This document shows positions 1 through 13,600 of a stretch of DNA of 64,000 bases, in pieces. Within the stretch, counting starts at the first letter, position 1; every line of letters starts with the position of its first letter. The position numbers and the translations under genes are program-made. Under the pieces are notes generated by a model that saw only the letters and a program-made list of their open reading frames with translations, was not told where the DNA came from and did no database searches. The DNA comes from Psammoneis japonica (Eukaryota). The stretch covers positions 248,001-312,000 of the forward strand of contig QPGO01000079.1 in NCBI GenBank assembly GCA_008632985.1, read 5' to 3'.

Positions 1-679
1 CCTCGGCGTAAGCCAAGGTTTCGTCGGGAGTAGCAAAGTCGGGTTGTGGAAAGTTAATGACCGATTCACACAGCACCGCACGCATACCAGTCTGCTCCAC
101 CAACTTGGCCATGTCATCTTCGAAAAAGTACACATCGACAAAGGTCGTAGTGCCCGTTTGAAGCATCTCTGCCATGCCAAGAGTAAAAGCTGTATCGCAA
201 AACTCCTTTGTGACGAGCCGACCCTCGAGCGGAAAGATGACAGACGTGAGCCATTCCCAGACTTCCAGATCATTAGCCACATCACCCAGAGCTGTCATGC
301 AAACATGATTATGGGTATTGATAAGTCCCGGCATGACAATGTCTCCATCGTCCAACTGGAGGGTAAAATCAACATCAGGGTAGGCTTCTAGCATGTCTTT
401 GGTCGCTCCGATATCCGCAATACGTCCAAGAGTATCAATGTACAGGGCTGTATTGGTAAGGACGTCCATGTTGTCGTTGACTGTAATAAATGTGCCTCCC
501 ACAATCATCATGTCTTGAATGCTGGTTAAGTAAATCTCTTCTTCCTTGTTGTTGCCGTCCTTGTTGCATGTCAGTCCTACCGACAATCCAACGGCAAGAC
601 CCACAACAATCACCACGGCAGCCAACAACACGAAGAGTTTCCAAAATAAGTGCTTCTCTTGTTCTCTGGTGAGGTTCAT
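1..679 (-). CDS. Metal-dependent amidohydrolase, MTA/SAH deaminase (MtaD)-like, with N-terminal hydrophobic anchor; runs off the window edge
   Basis: Manual minus-strand translation from ATG at 679: MNLTREQEKHLFWKLFVLLAAVVIVVGLAVGLSVG...IVMPGLINTHNH...WEWLTSVIFPLE...AEMLQTGTTTFVDVYFFE. The PGLINxHxH and EMLxxGTTTF motifs are typical of this family. Not in the ORF track because it has no stop in the window. Confidence 0.85.
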   Translation of the reverse strand, partial: MNLTREQEKHLFWKLFVLLAAVVIVVGLAVGLSVGLTCNKDGNNKEEEIYLTSIQDMMIVGGTFITVNDNMDVLTNTALYIDTLGRIADIGATKDMLEAYPDVDFTLQLDDGDIVMPGLINTHNHVCMTALGDVANDLEVWEWLTSVIFPLEGRLVTKEFCDTAFTLGMAEMLQTGTTTFVDVYFFEDDMAKLVEQTGMRAVLCESVINFPQPDFATPDETLAYAE

Positions 680-1129
680 TGATGATTAACTATTGTTCGA
701 TCGTGTGCATATTTTTATGAGCAACTAGAGAGTCGTACGAATGAAAATGTTCGAAACGAGAAGCCAAGAAGCAATCGTGAGCGAGCGATGAATCCCCTCT
801 CTAGCGATTCCGTTTATTTCACATTTTGCGACTTGCTGCATGGCAGTTCCTTTGAAATCTCTAATACTATCAGATAGAAATAGACATATATCAGCCAGAA
901 TCAAGCAGAGCCAAGCAGCAAAGCAATACGATATCTTGGCTTTGTCTTTCTTGTCTCCTCAAGAGCTCAAGACTCAAGATTGACGGGCTGACGGGGGTGC
1001 GCGCGTCTCTCACAAAAAACATGATGGCAGCGGCGCGCCCTCCGCGCATGTCTCGGCTCCAGTTGACGCAGTTTTCTTTCTTTTCTCAACCGAGGCCATT
1101 TTTTTGTTTGACAAGGAACCCTTGTGAGG

Positions 1130-2615
1130 GCAGGATGGCAGCATGCAAAACAGATGGCACAAAAAATGCCACCAGCAAGAGCAAGCTGGAAAGATCTGAT
1201 CAACCAGGGTGTTGGCGAGAAAGCTTTTCAAGCTGAGGTTCTCAAATCTCTGCAGAGGTGACAAGGGCGGCTGCGGGAGAAATCCTGAAAGAGCGAGACT
1301 GTCCCAGCAAGACAATTGTTGGATTTGTCACTGAGACAGCTGTTGTGAAAGATGGGCTGCATCTGCTGGTGCTGGCTCAGATTGCAGCTGGAGGTGCAGC
1401 ACACTTGTTCCCAAGCTGGTTTTCATGCCGTTGACTCTCTTGCTGAAGAACAGCAATGTCCTCAAATGTGGTGTGGGCACACACCAGAACATGGTGGAGC
1501 CACAAGAGAAGTCAAGACATGTGCACCTTGGGAATTCGTGGATGTTGCTGACATTGCAACCTGTCAACTCAACATCAAGCTGCAAAGTTTGCAGGGCTTT
1601 GTTGGCATGCACTGTTGAACAGACAGCTGTCTCATGGCTTTCAAAGGAACAAATGGCATTGGGAGAAGAAAAACACAGCCCAGAGGCCAAGCCAGGGGAA
1701 AGTTTGCCATGACGTGGCAACCAGTGCCTGGGCAGGGCGGGAAGTGCACACACCAAGGCAAGCAACAAACATTGTGGCACAGATTGATGACAAGGAGGAC
1801 TCTCACCAGAGAGTGCAAAGCCATTGGAGAATCATGGAAGCAACAACACAGAAAACAAAGACAATGGGTGGGACACAAGCAAGGCTGTGACAGTGCCACT
1901 TGCCCAGCAGGGCAAGAGTCGACAAAGTCAGAATGCCGCGTGCTGAGGGCAAAGCGAAACGAGGCAGACAGGCGTGACAAGAATGACGCTTCACAGGATG
2001 CAATGGCTCACCAGCAAGAAAGTTGGCCAAGGTTGCTGATTGCTGAGACACACCTCCAAAGTGTGTGCTGACACACTGCAGCACCGCGCAAAGCGCCGAG
2101 GTGCGTCTTTTGGAGCAACTTTCGGAGAGCTGCACAAATGTCGCGGCACATGGTGCGCTGCTTGATGGCTGACAAACATCTCTCCATTGTCATGGATTGA
2201 AAGTCTGTTGAGAGGGCTCTGTTTGCTGCATCATGAGATCTGTGCTTTCTGTCCACATGAGACGAGCTGCTGCTGTTGGACAGCTGCCTCTCTGGGGCGA
2301 GGTGGCAGGTTGCACTGACAATTTCACAATCACGCTCCACTGGTGGTCGCACCCTGCTTGAAATAAAAAACATGTTCCGTTTTTGTCTTTACCCTTTCCC
2401 TTGTAGTGGGGCATCATTGCGAATTGCTTGTACGGCACCCATGATCTGGATCCTCGAATGATTCCTTCAGAAGATTGGGCCCTGCAATGCGGTGGCGTGC
2501 GAGGTTGGGTTTGGGGGAGCTCGAGCCATTATCTTCTACTCACGACAAGTTTCTGTAGAATCGTACTGATGAGCGCCATGGCGAAGCACAAAAAAGACCG
2601 CGAAAGCTGGAACGA
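1130..2615 (+). pseudogene. Degenerate duplicate of the second 3'-5' exonuclease domain and downstream DNA (paralog of about 25560-26964)
   Basis: Colinear similarity, e.g. gagacagctgttgtgaaaga here vs gagacggctatcgtgaaaga at about 25770, and cctgtcaactcaacatcaagc shared. Frameshifted. No TpA found by eye between about 935 and 2363. Confidence 0.85.
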
Positions 2616-2630
2616 GGTCGTGCGCAGACG

Positions 2631-3685
2631 ATGAGGTTACCGGTACGACCGTTGGCGCCGATTGGTGGTGTTGGATTGGTCATTCTCCTCTTGCTATCTT
2701 ATGTTGTTGCCTTTCGTACCATTGTCGTGGCTCGCTGGTGCTGCAATCGAAATGAGGAGAACAAGGATGGCTGTAATGAGAAAGCCATGCAGTGTGGCTG
2801 GGTTCATCTGAATGACGTTTTGGTGTCATACCTGGGCTTGATGATTCTGTTTCACTACTTCAGCACCATGTTTCGGTCTCCAGGAGTTGTAGTCACACAA
2901 CATGATCAGAGTTTTATGGCAGATGCCAATCAAGGCGGCATGCTATCATCCATCGCGAATTACAATTTACATCGCGAGAAGCATCTTGTTGGATTGTACG
3001 GACTTTTGTCGGCTAACAAGAATGTTACTGCTGCCGACGACGTTTTGTACATTCCAAGTCCGAATGCATCTTTCTGCCAAGTTTGTCAGCACGTGCGACC
3101 CCACGGTGTCATCACTGCTCAAAATGCCAACGTTGCGTGTTGCAGTACGATCACCACTGTGTTTGGGTAAACCAGTGTATCGGCTACAATAACTACCGCA
3201 ATTTCGTTTTAATGTTGGGATTCATTTCCGCTGGGTGCACATACGGTGTCGTGTTGCTCTCTGTCTTGTCTTACGAAAAAATTCTGAGACTTATTCGCGA
3301 AAATGGGTTGATACAAATGCTCTTCAAGCATGTTGGACGAGTCATAACGTTGGAGATGATTGCTAATCTCTACAGCGAGGGCAGCATCAGCCCCGAGCTT
3401 TGCATCAATCTTGTGTTCCCGCTTCTTTTGCTTCTGGGCTTGCTTCTGGGTTACTTTCTCATTGTTCATATCAAACTCATGAGCAAGCCTCTCACGACCT
3501 TAGAATTCAGGCAGCTGCGACGAACCAAAAGAGACGAAACGGGGGTTATTGTAGTCAATCCTTTTGACCAAGGGGCAGTTTCGAATATACAGCAGATTCT
3601 TGGACACAATCTGATATGGTGGTTCCTACCGATTCCCCAAGATCCTTTGCCACCGTTTTTGCCTATTACGAAAAAGATATCATGA
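2631..3685 (+). CDS. DHHC-type palmitoyltransferase (one apparent frameshift at about 3100)
   Basis: [44 protein letters not shown], flanking TM helices, TTLE and NPFDQG motifs. The two ORFs join if one C is added to the CCCC run near 3099-3102. Confidence 0.9.
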
Positions 3686-4072
3686 CGCAGGAGAGAATGT
3701 GTACACAAATTCGTGTAGTTGTTTTAATAGCTGTGAGACCTTGGCGAGACGTCGTCGATACTCGTTGTCAAGCAAGACTCCTCACGAGGTTTTCTTCTCG
3801 AAACAACGAAATAAATAGAGTCGAAACCGAATGAGACTTGATGAGCACCCCACGGATTTGCTAAGAGACTGGAGGATCAAATAACGATTACGTGCAGACT
3901 GCGCGTCTCTTCTTATCTTTGCTGTGCTTCATCCGTTTCGATTAAAAAAAGATACGTTACTAATTATGGAAGCTCAATAAAAGTTTTCATAGGGTATGAA
4001 ACAGATTTCATACCAAAAGCAAAAGATGCCTTCGGCTCTGATGAATGCTACAACTAAATCTGTACGACAACG

Positions 4073-4794
4073 TTACCTTTCCTCTTGGCAACACGTGTTA
4101 CAATCAGCCTCGTTTGTCCCAACCTTATAAAAAGAAAATGAGTATTCAGAAATCAGCATCTATCAACATTTGGCGAAATGCAAGATATGCAGAATGATGG
4201 ATGAAACCGAACACGAGGATACATAGGGACCTACCTGGCGCTGACAATGGGCGCAAATATGTTCTTTGTCCTTGCAGGATGGCATGACCAAAGGCAACCA
4301 AAAGAGAGGCCAAAAAAGCAACAGAAGAACCACCAAGGCAATGATTGCACAAACCCCAAACTGCTCTCTCACGTACGTGGGACCCGTGTGTTGACAAAAC
4401 TGGCAAGCGTGATTGGCAGGGAGTCGACCGAGCCTCGGAGCGACAGGAGGCGGCATCGCAGACCGAGCTGCTGATGCCGCAGCGGGGGGAAGGGCCGTCG
4501 TAGTGCCTGTGGTACAACAGTGTACAGTGTTAAGAAAGAAGTCAGTAACACTAGTGCCAGCGAGTGAATTTCACAACCATCAAACTCACCACCAGGGGGT
4601 ACGCTGCCTCCAGCCTTGTGCTCTGTTGTTGTGACTCGCCTAGTGCCATCTGGCATAACTTCTTCAACTGTCACCGTTTTGGTCCCATCAGCGAATACCG
4701 TCGTCGTTGTTGACTTCATCGAGTGAGGTTGAGCCGGTGGTTCTTTCAGACTGTCCCCTCCCATGGGCACTGCAGTGGCGTAAGGGGTGGACAT
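4073..4794 (-). CDS. LITAF-like zinc-ribbon membrane protein (spliced)
   Basis: CQFC - hydrophobic stretch - HICAHC layout, Pro-rich N-terminus. Last exon after ttttataag reads VGTNEADCNTCCQEER*. Confidence 0.8.
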
Positions 4795-5109
4795 AATGAC
4801 GCGCGATGTGTTTCGCCTTCAACAAAGAGTTTAACCTGGGCTATCCCAATGGTAAGAGGATAGTGAATGCTATCACGAAACTTCTGTCCTTGCTATAGCT
4901 GTTACGCTTGACGCGGTGAACTTCGGTAACAAGTGAGAGTACAGTTTGAAGTTCAGACTGTTTTTTCCGCGAAGTGTAGGTATCATACAAAGACTCGCGT
5001 GCTGCTGCTCTTGGGCCGTAGACCGCCCGCCCGCCCGACCGCAGTGCTACCTAATGCTGTTGAGTGGACTGAGTGGAGCGAAGATCTTCAGTGGCGACTG
5101 TTTTTCGAG

Positions 5110-6560
5110 TGTCACAAAGCTGTCGCCATCCCAACTCTTGTCTATCACCTCTCTCACAAGATCCATAACATGTTGCACCAAACACGGCATTCATCCCGCT
5201 CACCGGCGGCAATGTCTTTCATCTCCCTTCGAGCCGCTCTGGTGCCGCTCTCGGCTCATGTGGTCCAACCCACGCTCCACCCTTTCCCTCTGTCGCATCT
5301 TCCACCAATGCGCTCCCATTCTCCTTCAGTTTGACTCTCCTTCCTTCACTTCATTAACACACGCTGTCAAACACCACAACCTGCATGGTCTTCCACAGAG
5401 CGCTTCACCCACACATCATCATCACAAGACGAACACTCTCCCTCAGATCCTCGCCGATCCCTCCATGCAAGCAACCAGCCCTTCCATCTCTGCTGTCTCC
5501 ACTGACAAGCTTGTGCCTTCACTCCCTTTCCAAGCTCATGCCTCCAGCTGGCTCCCATCGAACTCATTTGCACTTCTTCTCCTTCACAAGCTGTGCCTCC
5601 CAACGATTCCCTTTGATCGGCTCCAATGCGACTGCCCATGTGGCCACACCCGCCCAGACCCTTGCAGAGACCATGCCTTTGAATGCTCCAAAATGCGTTG
5701 AGGCCCGCTGTCAAATCACATTTGCAACACCATTTGCACCATCATCGAAACACTGGCCCCCCTTTGCGGTCTGCGCCTTTCCCGCTAACAAGTCCACCTC
5801 AACCCTGCCGGCCTCTTGGCTGACCACCCCCTCAAACACCCTGCCAATGTTGGCGTTCAACTCACCCCTGGCTCCACACCACCAGGTGCCCCATTCAATC
5901 ACTTCTTGGCCATTGATGTCACTGTGCCGCCAGCTCCCCAGCCTCCTGCACCTGGTTTGCCCATCCCCGAAAACCCCCATTGAACAAGGCTCACCTCAGC
6001 CGCACACAGGACAAGCTTCTCTCAGTTGTTCTGTGCCATCTGCTCACAGCTCCGACATCATCAATGCCATCAATCAAGCCAGACTTTTCCTCCTCCCTTT
6101 CACATTTGACCACCTTGGTGGAATCTGTCTTCTTCTTCGGCACCTCTGCCACAACATCCTCCTCCATCCCACCCCTTCCTCCCAAACCACCCTGGACAAG
6201 CCCATCCTCCCTTTCCAACTCTCAAGCATCCTTCTCCACTTTCACCAACTCACTGCTTGCACCTTTCAACCTCCTTGCCCACTCCAATGTGGCCTGGAAA
6301 CAACTTTCACCGGACTGCTTTGGCTCCTCTTGTCACACCGTGACACCTCAACTCTGGGCCTCTCAAATCCTCAGCCTCAACTTCAGCTTTGCTCTCTCCA
6401 ACCATCTCTCCACATGCCAAGCTCTTCTTCTTTGCCATCCCACTGTTGCCAACAACTCTCCTCTTGACCGTCTGTCCACACTTTGGGTTCACCTTTTTCT
6501 CTCCATCCCCCCAAGCGTGCTCCGCGCAACCCTCCCACCACATGTTTCTCCAGATCAACC
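5110..6560 (+). mobile_element. 3' remnant of a CRE-like non-LTR retrotransposon (zinc knuckle plus restriction-like endonuclease), degenerate
   Basis: Across frames: CDCPCGHTRPDPCRDHAFEC (CxCG..DxxGDHxxxC-type knuckle), HPANVGV (RPAD-like), FLAIDVTV and LLPFTFDHLGGI, in the usual RLE order. TpA-depleted. Confidence 0.65.
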
Positions 6561-8496
6561 CTTTCCAACACCACAAACTTTCCAATTGTCAAAAGAAAGA
6601 GACATTGAAGTGTCTCAAGCACACTCGAGGGAAGAAGGTTTGGGGGGTCGAATTCTGTCTCAAACCAACTTGTCCAAAGATGTCATCAGATTTCCTCTGT
6701 GTCACAAATTGGAAGAGGCGTTGGATTTTTTTAACTGTGATGTCCACTGTCCATGGACACACAAAGGTGTTTTGAGCAAGGAGAAGAATTGCAGTGGTGG
6801 TCTGTCTGTGTGACAGTTTCCACATGCATTTTGTGCTGTCATCCATCCCCACCACCTCCAGCCTGATCCCAGTCACGTGTGTGCACAACTCCTCAAAACA
6901 ACGCCCGCTCCTGTGAGAATCAGAGTGGCACTTTGGACTGTTTTCAATCCTTTCAACAATGCCAATGCCATCTGCCAGTCTTTGCTGTCATGCAGAAGCA
7001 AGTTGCTTGTGACCAGCTGCAAGACAAAAACCAGGGCGCCCTTGTGTTGGTGCCATGGACCAATGCTTGCTTTGCTCTCTGCCACAATCCAGTCATGCTG
7101 TGCTTTTGTTTCATTGTCTTGCTCTGTTTTTTGATGTGGTTGTTGTCATCATTCATGCAGAGAGGCATCAGGTTCTGGTGTCAGCCCTGAGGAGGAGGAG
7201 CATCTGACAGCTTCTCCTGCCCACATCTGGCCTGCTCTGGCACAACCGGGCTTCTTCACATCAGCACAGCGGTGCTGCAGCGTGCTTGACACTCCAGTTC
7301 AGACAAAAACAAGCACCCCAAAACTCATGCCACCAATGACATTGATGGTGGCATGCGCATCGTCTGCACTGTCTGTTGATGGCAAGTGACCAATGAGTTG
7401 AGTTGGTTGCAGGTGATCATCCAACGACCAATGATGCACTTTTGCCACAGATGTTTTCACTCATCACAGGATGCATGGTTCCACAACATCTTAAATTTTG
7501 TTTCTTTTTGCCTTCTGATCTCCAAAGGAGGTCTGAGATGACTTGACCTGATTGACAATTGGGTTGCTGTTGTCAGGCCCACACTTTGGGACCCAATCAG
7601 ATGACAACAGTCAAGTCCATTTTTTGCAATGATGGAACCTCCACTGCAGAAGATGGGCAAATGCTCCAAACACTTTTCTTCTCTGAGTTGGCCCACATGA
7701 TGGGTTTCTGTGAGGTCAAGACCAGCCAGCATGCAAAGACTGTTGTTGCTTGTGCAGGATTGGCAGCACTTCTGAAGTCCCATCAAAGCACTGCATCATG
7801 CCTTTTGGTCACTCCCACCATTTCCTGTTGCACAGTCTGCAAACAGAAACATGTCCTTTCTGGTTCGTTGGGTGGCACTGGGGACACACAGAGACAAGCC
7901 TCTTTGTGATGAGCAACATCCCTGTGTGCAGATTGTGGTTTGACCTGCACAGCAGTCATGCACAAATCTGTTGGTCTGTGCCACAGGTTGCCACAATGCC
8001 TCTCTGGGTGTTTGAAGCAAAAGGTCTTCTTTCTTCCACCGGGTGTTCCTGCCACCAAGCAACCATTTTGGTGGTGTGCCCCCAGCTGGGAACTTGCCTT
8101 TGAACAACTCCTGTGCTTTTGGCTTCATGCTCAAATAAAGAGTGTCAAGTGAGAACCTGATCAGTCTGTGTGGCATGATGAGCTTGACAAAAAGAGGCAG
8201 AAAAAATCCAAAAAGGGCAGCAAGAGAGCAAACCTTGAGCAAGCAACTGCCAGCAGGCTCAAAAGAGTTGGGAAGGGAGAGTTTTGAAATGAGCGGGAGA
8301 ATCTCTCAATCTGGGGCCCAAGTTTGGCAATCTTGCTCTGCACAGACCATGTGTGCTGCACAGCACTTGGGTGCCTTCAGTGGCTTGCAACCCATCTTCT
8401 CCAGACAAAAAAAAGCTTGCTTGGTCTGCTGTGACAATGATGAGGGGAGAAGAGGTCGCTGCAGCTCAGAGGATGATTGGCTCAAATCCAATGAAG

Positions 8497-8730
8497 GCAA
8501 GGTCAAAAACAGGCTTGACAATCTGTGCAACTGAGCTGGAAAGCCAGCAGCCAATTTTTGAGGCACAAGCAGCAATTTTTTTTATCTCCAAACACGCAGC
8601 ACTGCCAGCAACTGCTTCTTGCTTGGCAGCAACATGGCAGTTGTGGTGTGACAAGGTCAAAAACAGGTGCACAACAACCTGCACAACTGAGTTGGAAAGC
8701 CAACAAAATCCATTTGTGCACCAGCAGCGC
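8497..8730 (+). repeat. About 155-bp tandem unit, second array at about 14183-14470
   Basis: aaggtcaaaaacagg...caactgagYtggaaagcca recurs at 8499 and 8653. Related units start at about 14187 and 14344. Confidence 0.75.
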
Positions 8731-8749
8731 CAACAGAAAATGTTGAAAC

Positions 8750-10930
8750 AAACCATGACCAACAATGCAGGGAACACTGAGAGTGTGGACAAACCACAGA
8801 AACCAGCTCAATGTGATGCTGGCAAGGAAGGTCTTGAAAAGTTTCCTTTGAATTCTTGGGGTGGAGCAGCAGAGGTTCTTGAGACAGCACAAGAAATGTG
8901 TGCAGCTTTGCAGCAATTCTCAAACAAAAGGACAGCAGTGGCAAGACAATCCTTGGTTTTGACACAGAGACCTTCTGTCTCAACTTCAGAGAAGGAGGTT
9001 TGGATCTAACAGCATTGGCTCAAGTTGCTGCTCAAGATGCAGTGGGTTTGTTTTGTGTCTGCATGCTTTGGTGGCATGCTTTTGCCCAGTTGATCCCTCA
9101 CTGGAACATGGCAATTTTCTCAAGTGCAGTGCAGGAGGCATCAGCTGGGATGTCACAGAGCTGCAAAAAGCCAAAGCATTCACCACAGGGGTTCACAAAG
9201 ATCACTGGCATCATGAGGTGGTGGTGGCACCTCAATGTCAAGACAGGAGGTTTGTGTGGTCTTGTCAGTTTCTTGCTGCATGGCTGGAAGCAGAGAACAA
9301 CAGAAAAATGGCTTGCACAAATCCTCCCAGCAATGTCGCCACCAAGTGAAGCAGACCAGAAGACAAGCTCAACAAAACATTGTCAAGAAAGACGTTTGTT
9401 GTCTTCTCCTGCTGTTTTTTGGAATGGGTGTGTTGAGGTTCTTGAAATGGCAAGGGTGACAAAGAAGGCCATGGATGAAATCATGAACAAAAAAGTGCAA
9501 GATTGCTGGAAGAAGACAACCCTTGGATTTGACACAGAGGTGGTCATTGCAAAAGAGGGGTGGCATCCACTGAGACACTGGCTCAGATTGTGGCTGAAGA
9601 CAAAGTGTGCCTTTGTTCAGGCTGTGGTCTTTCCAAGAAGCCCACTTTGACCCCCTTTGATTCTCTTGCTGGAGCAGCACAGCAATTTTCTCAAGAGTGG
9701 TGCAAACACATGCACAACCATGGCAGAGCTGAAAAAGTTGAAGCATTTGCTCCAAGCAGATTTGTTGCGATTGTTGACATTGCAAGCTGCCAGGTCAACA
9801 CATCAAGCCTCACAGTTTGTGGGGACTTGTTGGCATGTTGTTGAACAGTCAAAAAAGCAAGCAGGACTGGGAGAAAGCACACAGCATGGAACAAAAGGAA
9901 ATTTGACATGCTGCAACCAGCACATGGGTTGGCTGAGACTTGTGCACAAATGCATTTCAAGACCAGAGACAGAGCTGGGCCTGCCACCCACCATTTCTGA
10001 GATCGACTTCAAAGAAGTTGCAAGGAAGAAGGCAGCACAAGGAGGGATGAACAGCACAGACAAAGCAAAGGAAGAGGAGAAGAACAGAAAATGTTCCTCC
10101 CAGAACATCAGCAGCTCTGATGCCAGCACCAGCAAGAGAGCAAGCCAGAAAGGCATGCTTGGTGATGTGATGCTGGCACAAGAAAGCTGTTTGTGGTCTT
10201 TCTTCCATCTGGAATGGAAGAATTGAGGTTCTCAAAGCCACAGAGGCAATGAAGGCAGCTTTGGGAGAAATGCTGAAACAATGAGATTGTCCTGGCAAGA
10301 CAACTGTTGGATTTGACGCTGAGGTGGCTCTTGTGAAAGATGGGCAGCATCCACTGGCACTGGCTCAGATTGCAACTGGAACATTTGTCTCACATCTGCA
10401 AGCTTCTCAAGTCTCCTTTGATGTGCCATTGATTCCCTTGCTGAAGGCACAGGCATGTGCCAGGATTTGGCAGAGCCACAAGAAGTCAAGGCATGTGCCC
10501 CTTGGGAGCACTTGTGGATGTCACCTCCTGACATCACAACCTTTCAACTCAATGTCAAGGCACAAAGTTCGTGGGGTCTTGTTGGTGCACATTGTCAAAC
10601 AGACAGCTGTCTGACAGCTTTCAAAGAAGCAAATGGGGCTGAGAGAGAAAACACAAAGCCTGGAACCAGGAGAAATTTGCTGCACCAGGGCAGCCAATGC
10701 CTGGTGGCATGGTGGGGCAGGAAGTGTGCACTTGAAGAAGGCAAGCAACAAACTTGTGGCACAGACTGATGTTGAAAGCTGCCTGCCAGAGAGGGAAAAA
10801 GCTGGAGAAAAGAACACAGAAAAACAAAGAGAACAGGGAGGCACATGCAAACAAGACCATCACAACATTGACAGCACCACCTGCCCAGGGCAAAGACCAG
10901 CCAAAGCCAGGGCACTGCACTGAGGCAAAA
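8750..10930 (+). pseudogene. Heavily mutated copy of the 3'-5' exonuclease gene with remnants of three tandem exonuclease domains
   Basis: KTILGFDTET, KTTLGFDTEV and a third GFDAE remnant, plus linker ELGLPPTISEIDFKEVARKK matching ELGLPPVPDIDFKEVARRK of 24367-25539. Confidence 0.88.
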
Positions 10931-11169
10931 TGGAATGAGGCAGAGAGTTGACATGAATGGTGCTTCAGGAGCCACTGTGTTGGGGCATCTGGTGTGAGCG
11001 GGAAATGCAAGAGACCCAGAAGTGGATCCATTGAAGAGAGGATGCTTCAGATCCTGATGTGGTGGATCAGACAACACTTTAGAAATGAGTGCACATTTGT
11101 CACCAATCTCACCAACCTTCTTTTTAACTCACTCTTTGGAGCGAATCATCTGGTTTGCATGAAATGCAC

Positions 11170-13600
11170 TGTGGTGTCAGCAGGTGCCCCCATCACATTG
11201 TAAGATCGAAGTTTTTTGAGAGCTTCCAGGCAAACTGCAGCCACCACAGAGACCAGGACAGGTGTGATTAGCAGCACAGGAAGCCTTGGAGGACTCTCTT
11301 TTGGCACCATTGACCTGTCGGTTCAACGTTCACTCCAAAGAGTTGCAGGTGCTGCACTGGCGCACATGTGGCGCCAACCTCCTTTTTTGTCATCTGAGTC
11401 AGGAAACCTGCCCTTGGGAGCAGCAGAGGAGGAGGAGGAAGAATGAGTGCCAAAGGCCAAGGATGTGACCAAGGCAGGGGCAGCAGAGGACAGAAGTCTT
11501 GCTGTGACAAGAACAAGAAGACTGACCCCAAAAAAAGCTTTGAGCCAGAAATGAAGAATTTTCATCCGTCATCAATGAACAGCAACTCATGCAATGCAAT
11601 GTTTGAAGAAGTCAAGGAAAAGATTGTCAGCCAAGCACAGAAGGAGCATGATCAAGGCATGCATCTGGCAAGGTCCCCAGAAGACATGAAATGCATCATG
11701 TTCACCAGTGAGAAACCAGCACGAGCAATGGCATTGACGGCAGTGCCAGAAAGCTCAAAGGACAACCACAAGACCAAGAAAGATGAGAGGGCCAGAGAAG
11801 AAAGGCAACTGGAACATGAGCACAAGATCAAGTTGCATGACTGCAATGAGAAAGTCAAGAAGAAGCTCTTGAAGAAAACAAAAACACTGCCTTTGCAGCA
11901 ATCCCAGATGACTGCTGTGCCAAGATGATGAAGCAAAGAGTGCCGGCTGATTCCAGTTGTGCAGAGGGGCTCAGAGATGACCAGATCAACCTGCTGAGGC
12001 TGATCCAGCCACTCTTGTGTTTGACTCCATGAGGGGTTGACACCCGTTCCACATTCTCACCAAAAGTCCCTGAAGCACATTGTGGAAGTGAAGCAGTCAG
12101 AGGACAAGTTGCTGAATGACTGCCCGTTTGGATGCAAGAATCAATGGGATGCTGCAAGCAAAGGTCTCAGCAGTGAGATGTCAGATGGGCTCATCAAGAA
12201 TTCCAAGGAGTGCAAGGACTGCACTGAACCAGCAGATCAGAAAGTGCTGAAGGGCACTGCATTCAAGACATGGACAACACACCTGTCCATGGAAAACAAC
12301 AAGGACTGCTGCCACAAGAGTCTCAAGAAAAGCCTTGTGAGAGACTGCAGCCTGGGGAGGGATTTGCATCCAAAGACCCTCAAGAAGGCAATGAGTGTGT
12401 TGCTGAACCATCCAACAAGAGATGATTTTTCATGCAAGAGGCAGAGCAAGAAGAGTTGCAAGCATCAGAATGACAAGAAAGAGGACAAGGGTGATGACAA
12501 GCCCAAGAGCCCACAAGACCAGAGTCATGCACAGAGTGGCAAAGTGACGTGCCACTGTTGTCACAGAGCAAACCACAAGTCCCCAGATTGCAGATGCGAG
12601 GATGAGATCCCACAGAAGGACTGGCTCAAGAGCACCAGCAGGAAACTGGACACCAGGGGACAGAGTCATGCACAGAAAAACAAAGACACTTCATCAGCAA
12701 GCAGCAACAATGCCGGCGTTGGCACCTGCAGGTCAAGTTGATCTGTGAGCTCCACCAGCAGAAGAAATGTCACATGACATGGGTGTTCCAGTTAGATTGG
12801 CAAGCCAAACAAGGGCTGGAGATGAGTTTGAGCCAAGCTGATGCCAGCATTGAGTCAGATGAGATCATCCTTGACAATGATCTACCCCAGCAAGGCAGCA
12901 AGCCAGAGATTGGTGCACAATGTGTGACCAGCAAGGACCAAGATTGATCTTTCCACCAATGCAGGAGTGCACACTTCAGATGAAGACTGCAATGTGCCAG
13001 GATGGGGTGATGTGAAGCTTGGGCACAGAACATGACAACCAATGTCCTGAGCATCAAGGATGTGAAGAGCAAGTGCTGTGTCATGTGCAACAACCAAGTG
13101 GCGGATGAGTTCTGTCTGCTGGATGAGAAGACAGGCAAGCAGGTTGTGGTGTTCAAAGTTGACAACATCAGACTGTGTGCATTTTCACCAAGCCAGTGGT
13201 TCTTTGACCACTTGAAAGAACTCCAAGAAGATGAGTCACATGTGAGCATGCCATTGAAGGACAAGAAGGTTTTGAAGAAGACCAACATGTGAAGCACAAG
13301 AGTGCATCGGGGGAATTGTTGTTCCAACAGTGAAACAGAACATGAAAGGTCACACCAAACAAGAAGTGGCAAATGCTGAGGAAGCACTGAGACTGTGCTG
13401 CAAGGCTGAAATGCCAGTGTCAGGGATTTCAAGCCGTTCCTGCAATCCAATCAGGTGAAGAACCTGTCCATCCCACCTGAGGATGTGGACAGAATGGCGG
13501 CCATGTGGGGTCCACCAACGGATGTGCTCAAAGGCAAGACCAAGCATGCACACCATTTCCGTCCATGAGAGGAGCCATGTTGCCGATCAAGGCTAAAGTC
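11170..13600 (+). mobile_element. Truncated, degenerate Ty1/Copia (diatom CoDi-like) retrotransposon: gag, protease and start of the integrase region
   Basis: CHCCHRANHKSPDC knuckle (Cx2Cx4Hx4C), LGRDLHPKT, IILDN protease motif, NVLSIKDV, TVKQNMKGHTKQEVANA and WGPPTDVLKGKT. TGGTGTCAG at 11172 could be a mutated TGGTATCAG tRNA-Met primer site. Confidence 0.8.

Noticed and set aside
6570..8490. Identity of this degenerate segment
   Set aside because: Clearly TpA-depleted, but no family motif was recognisable.
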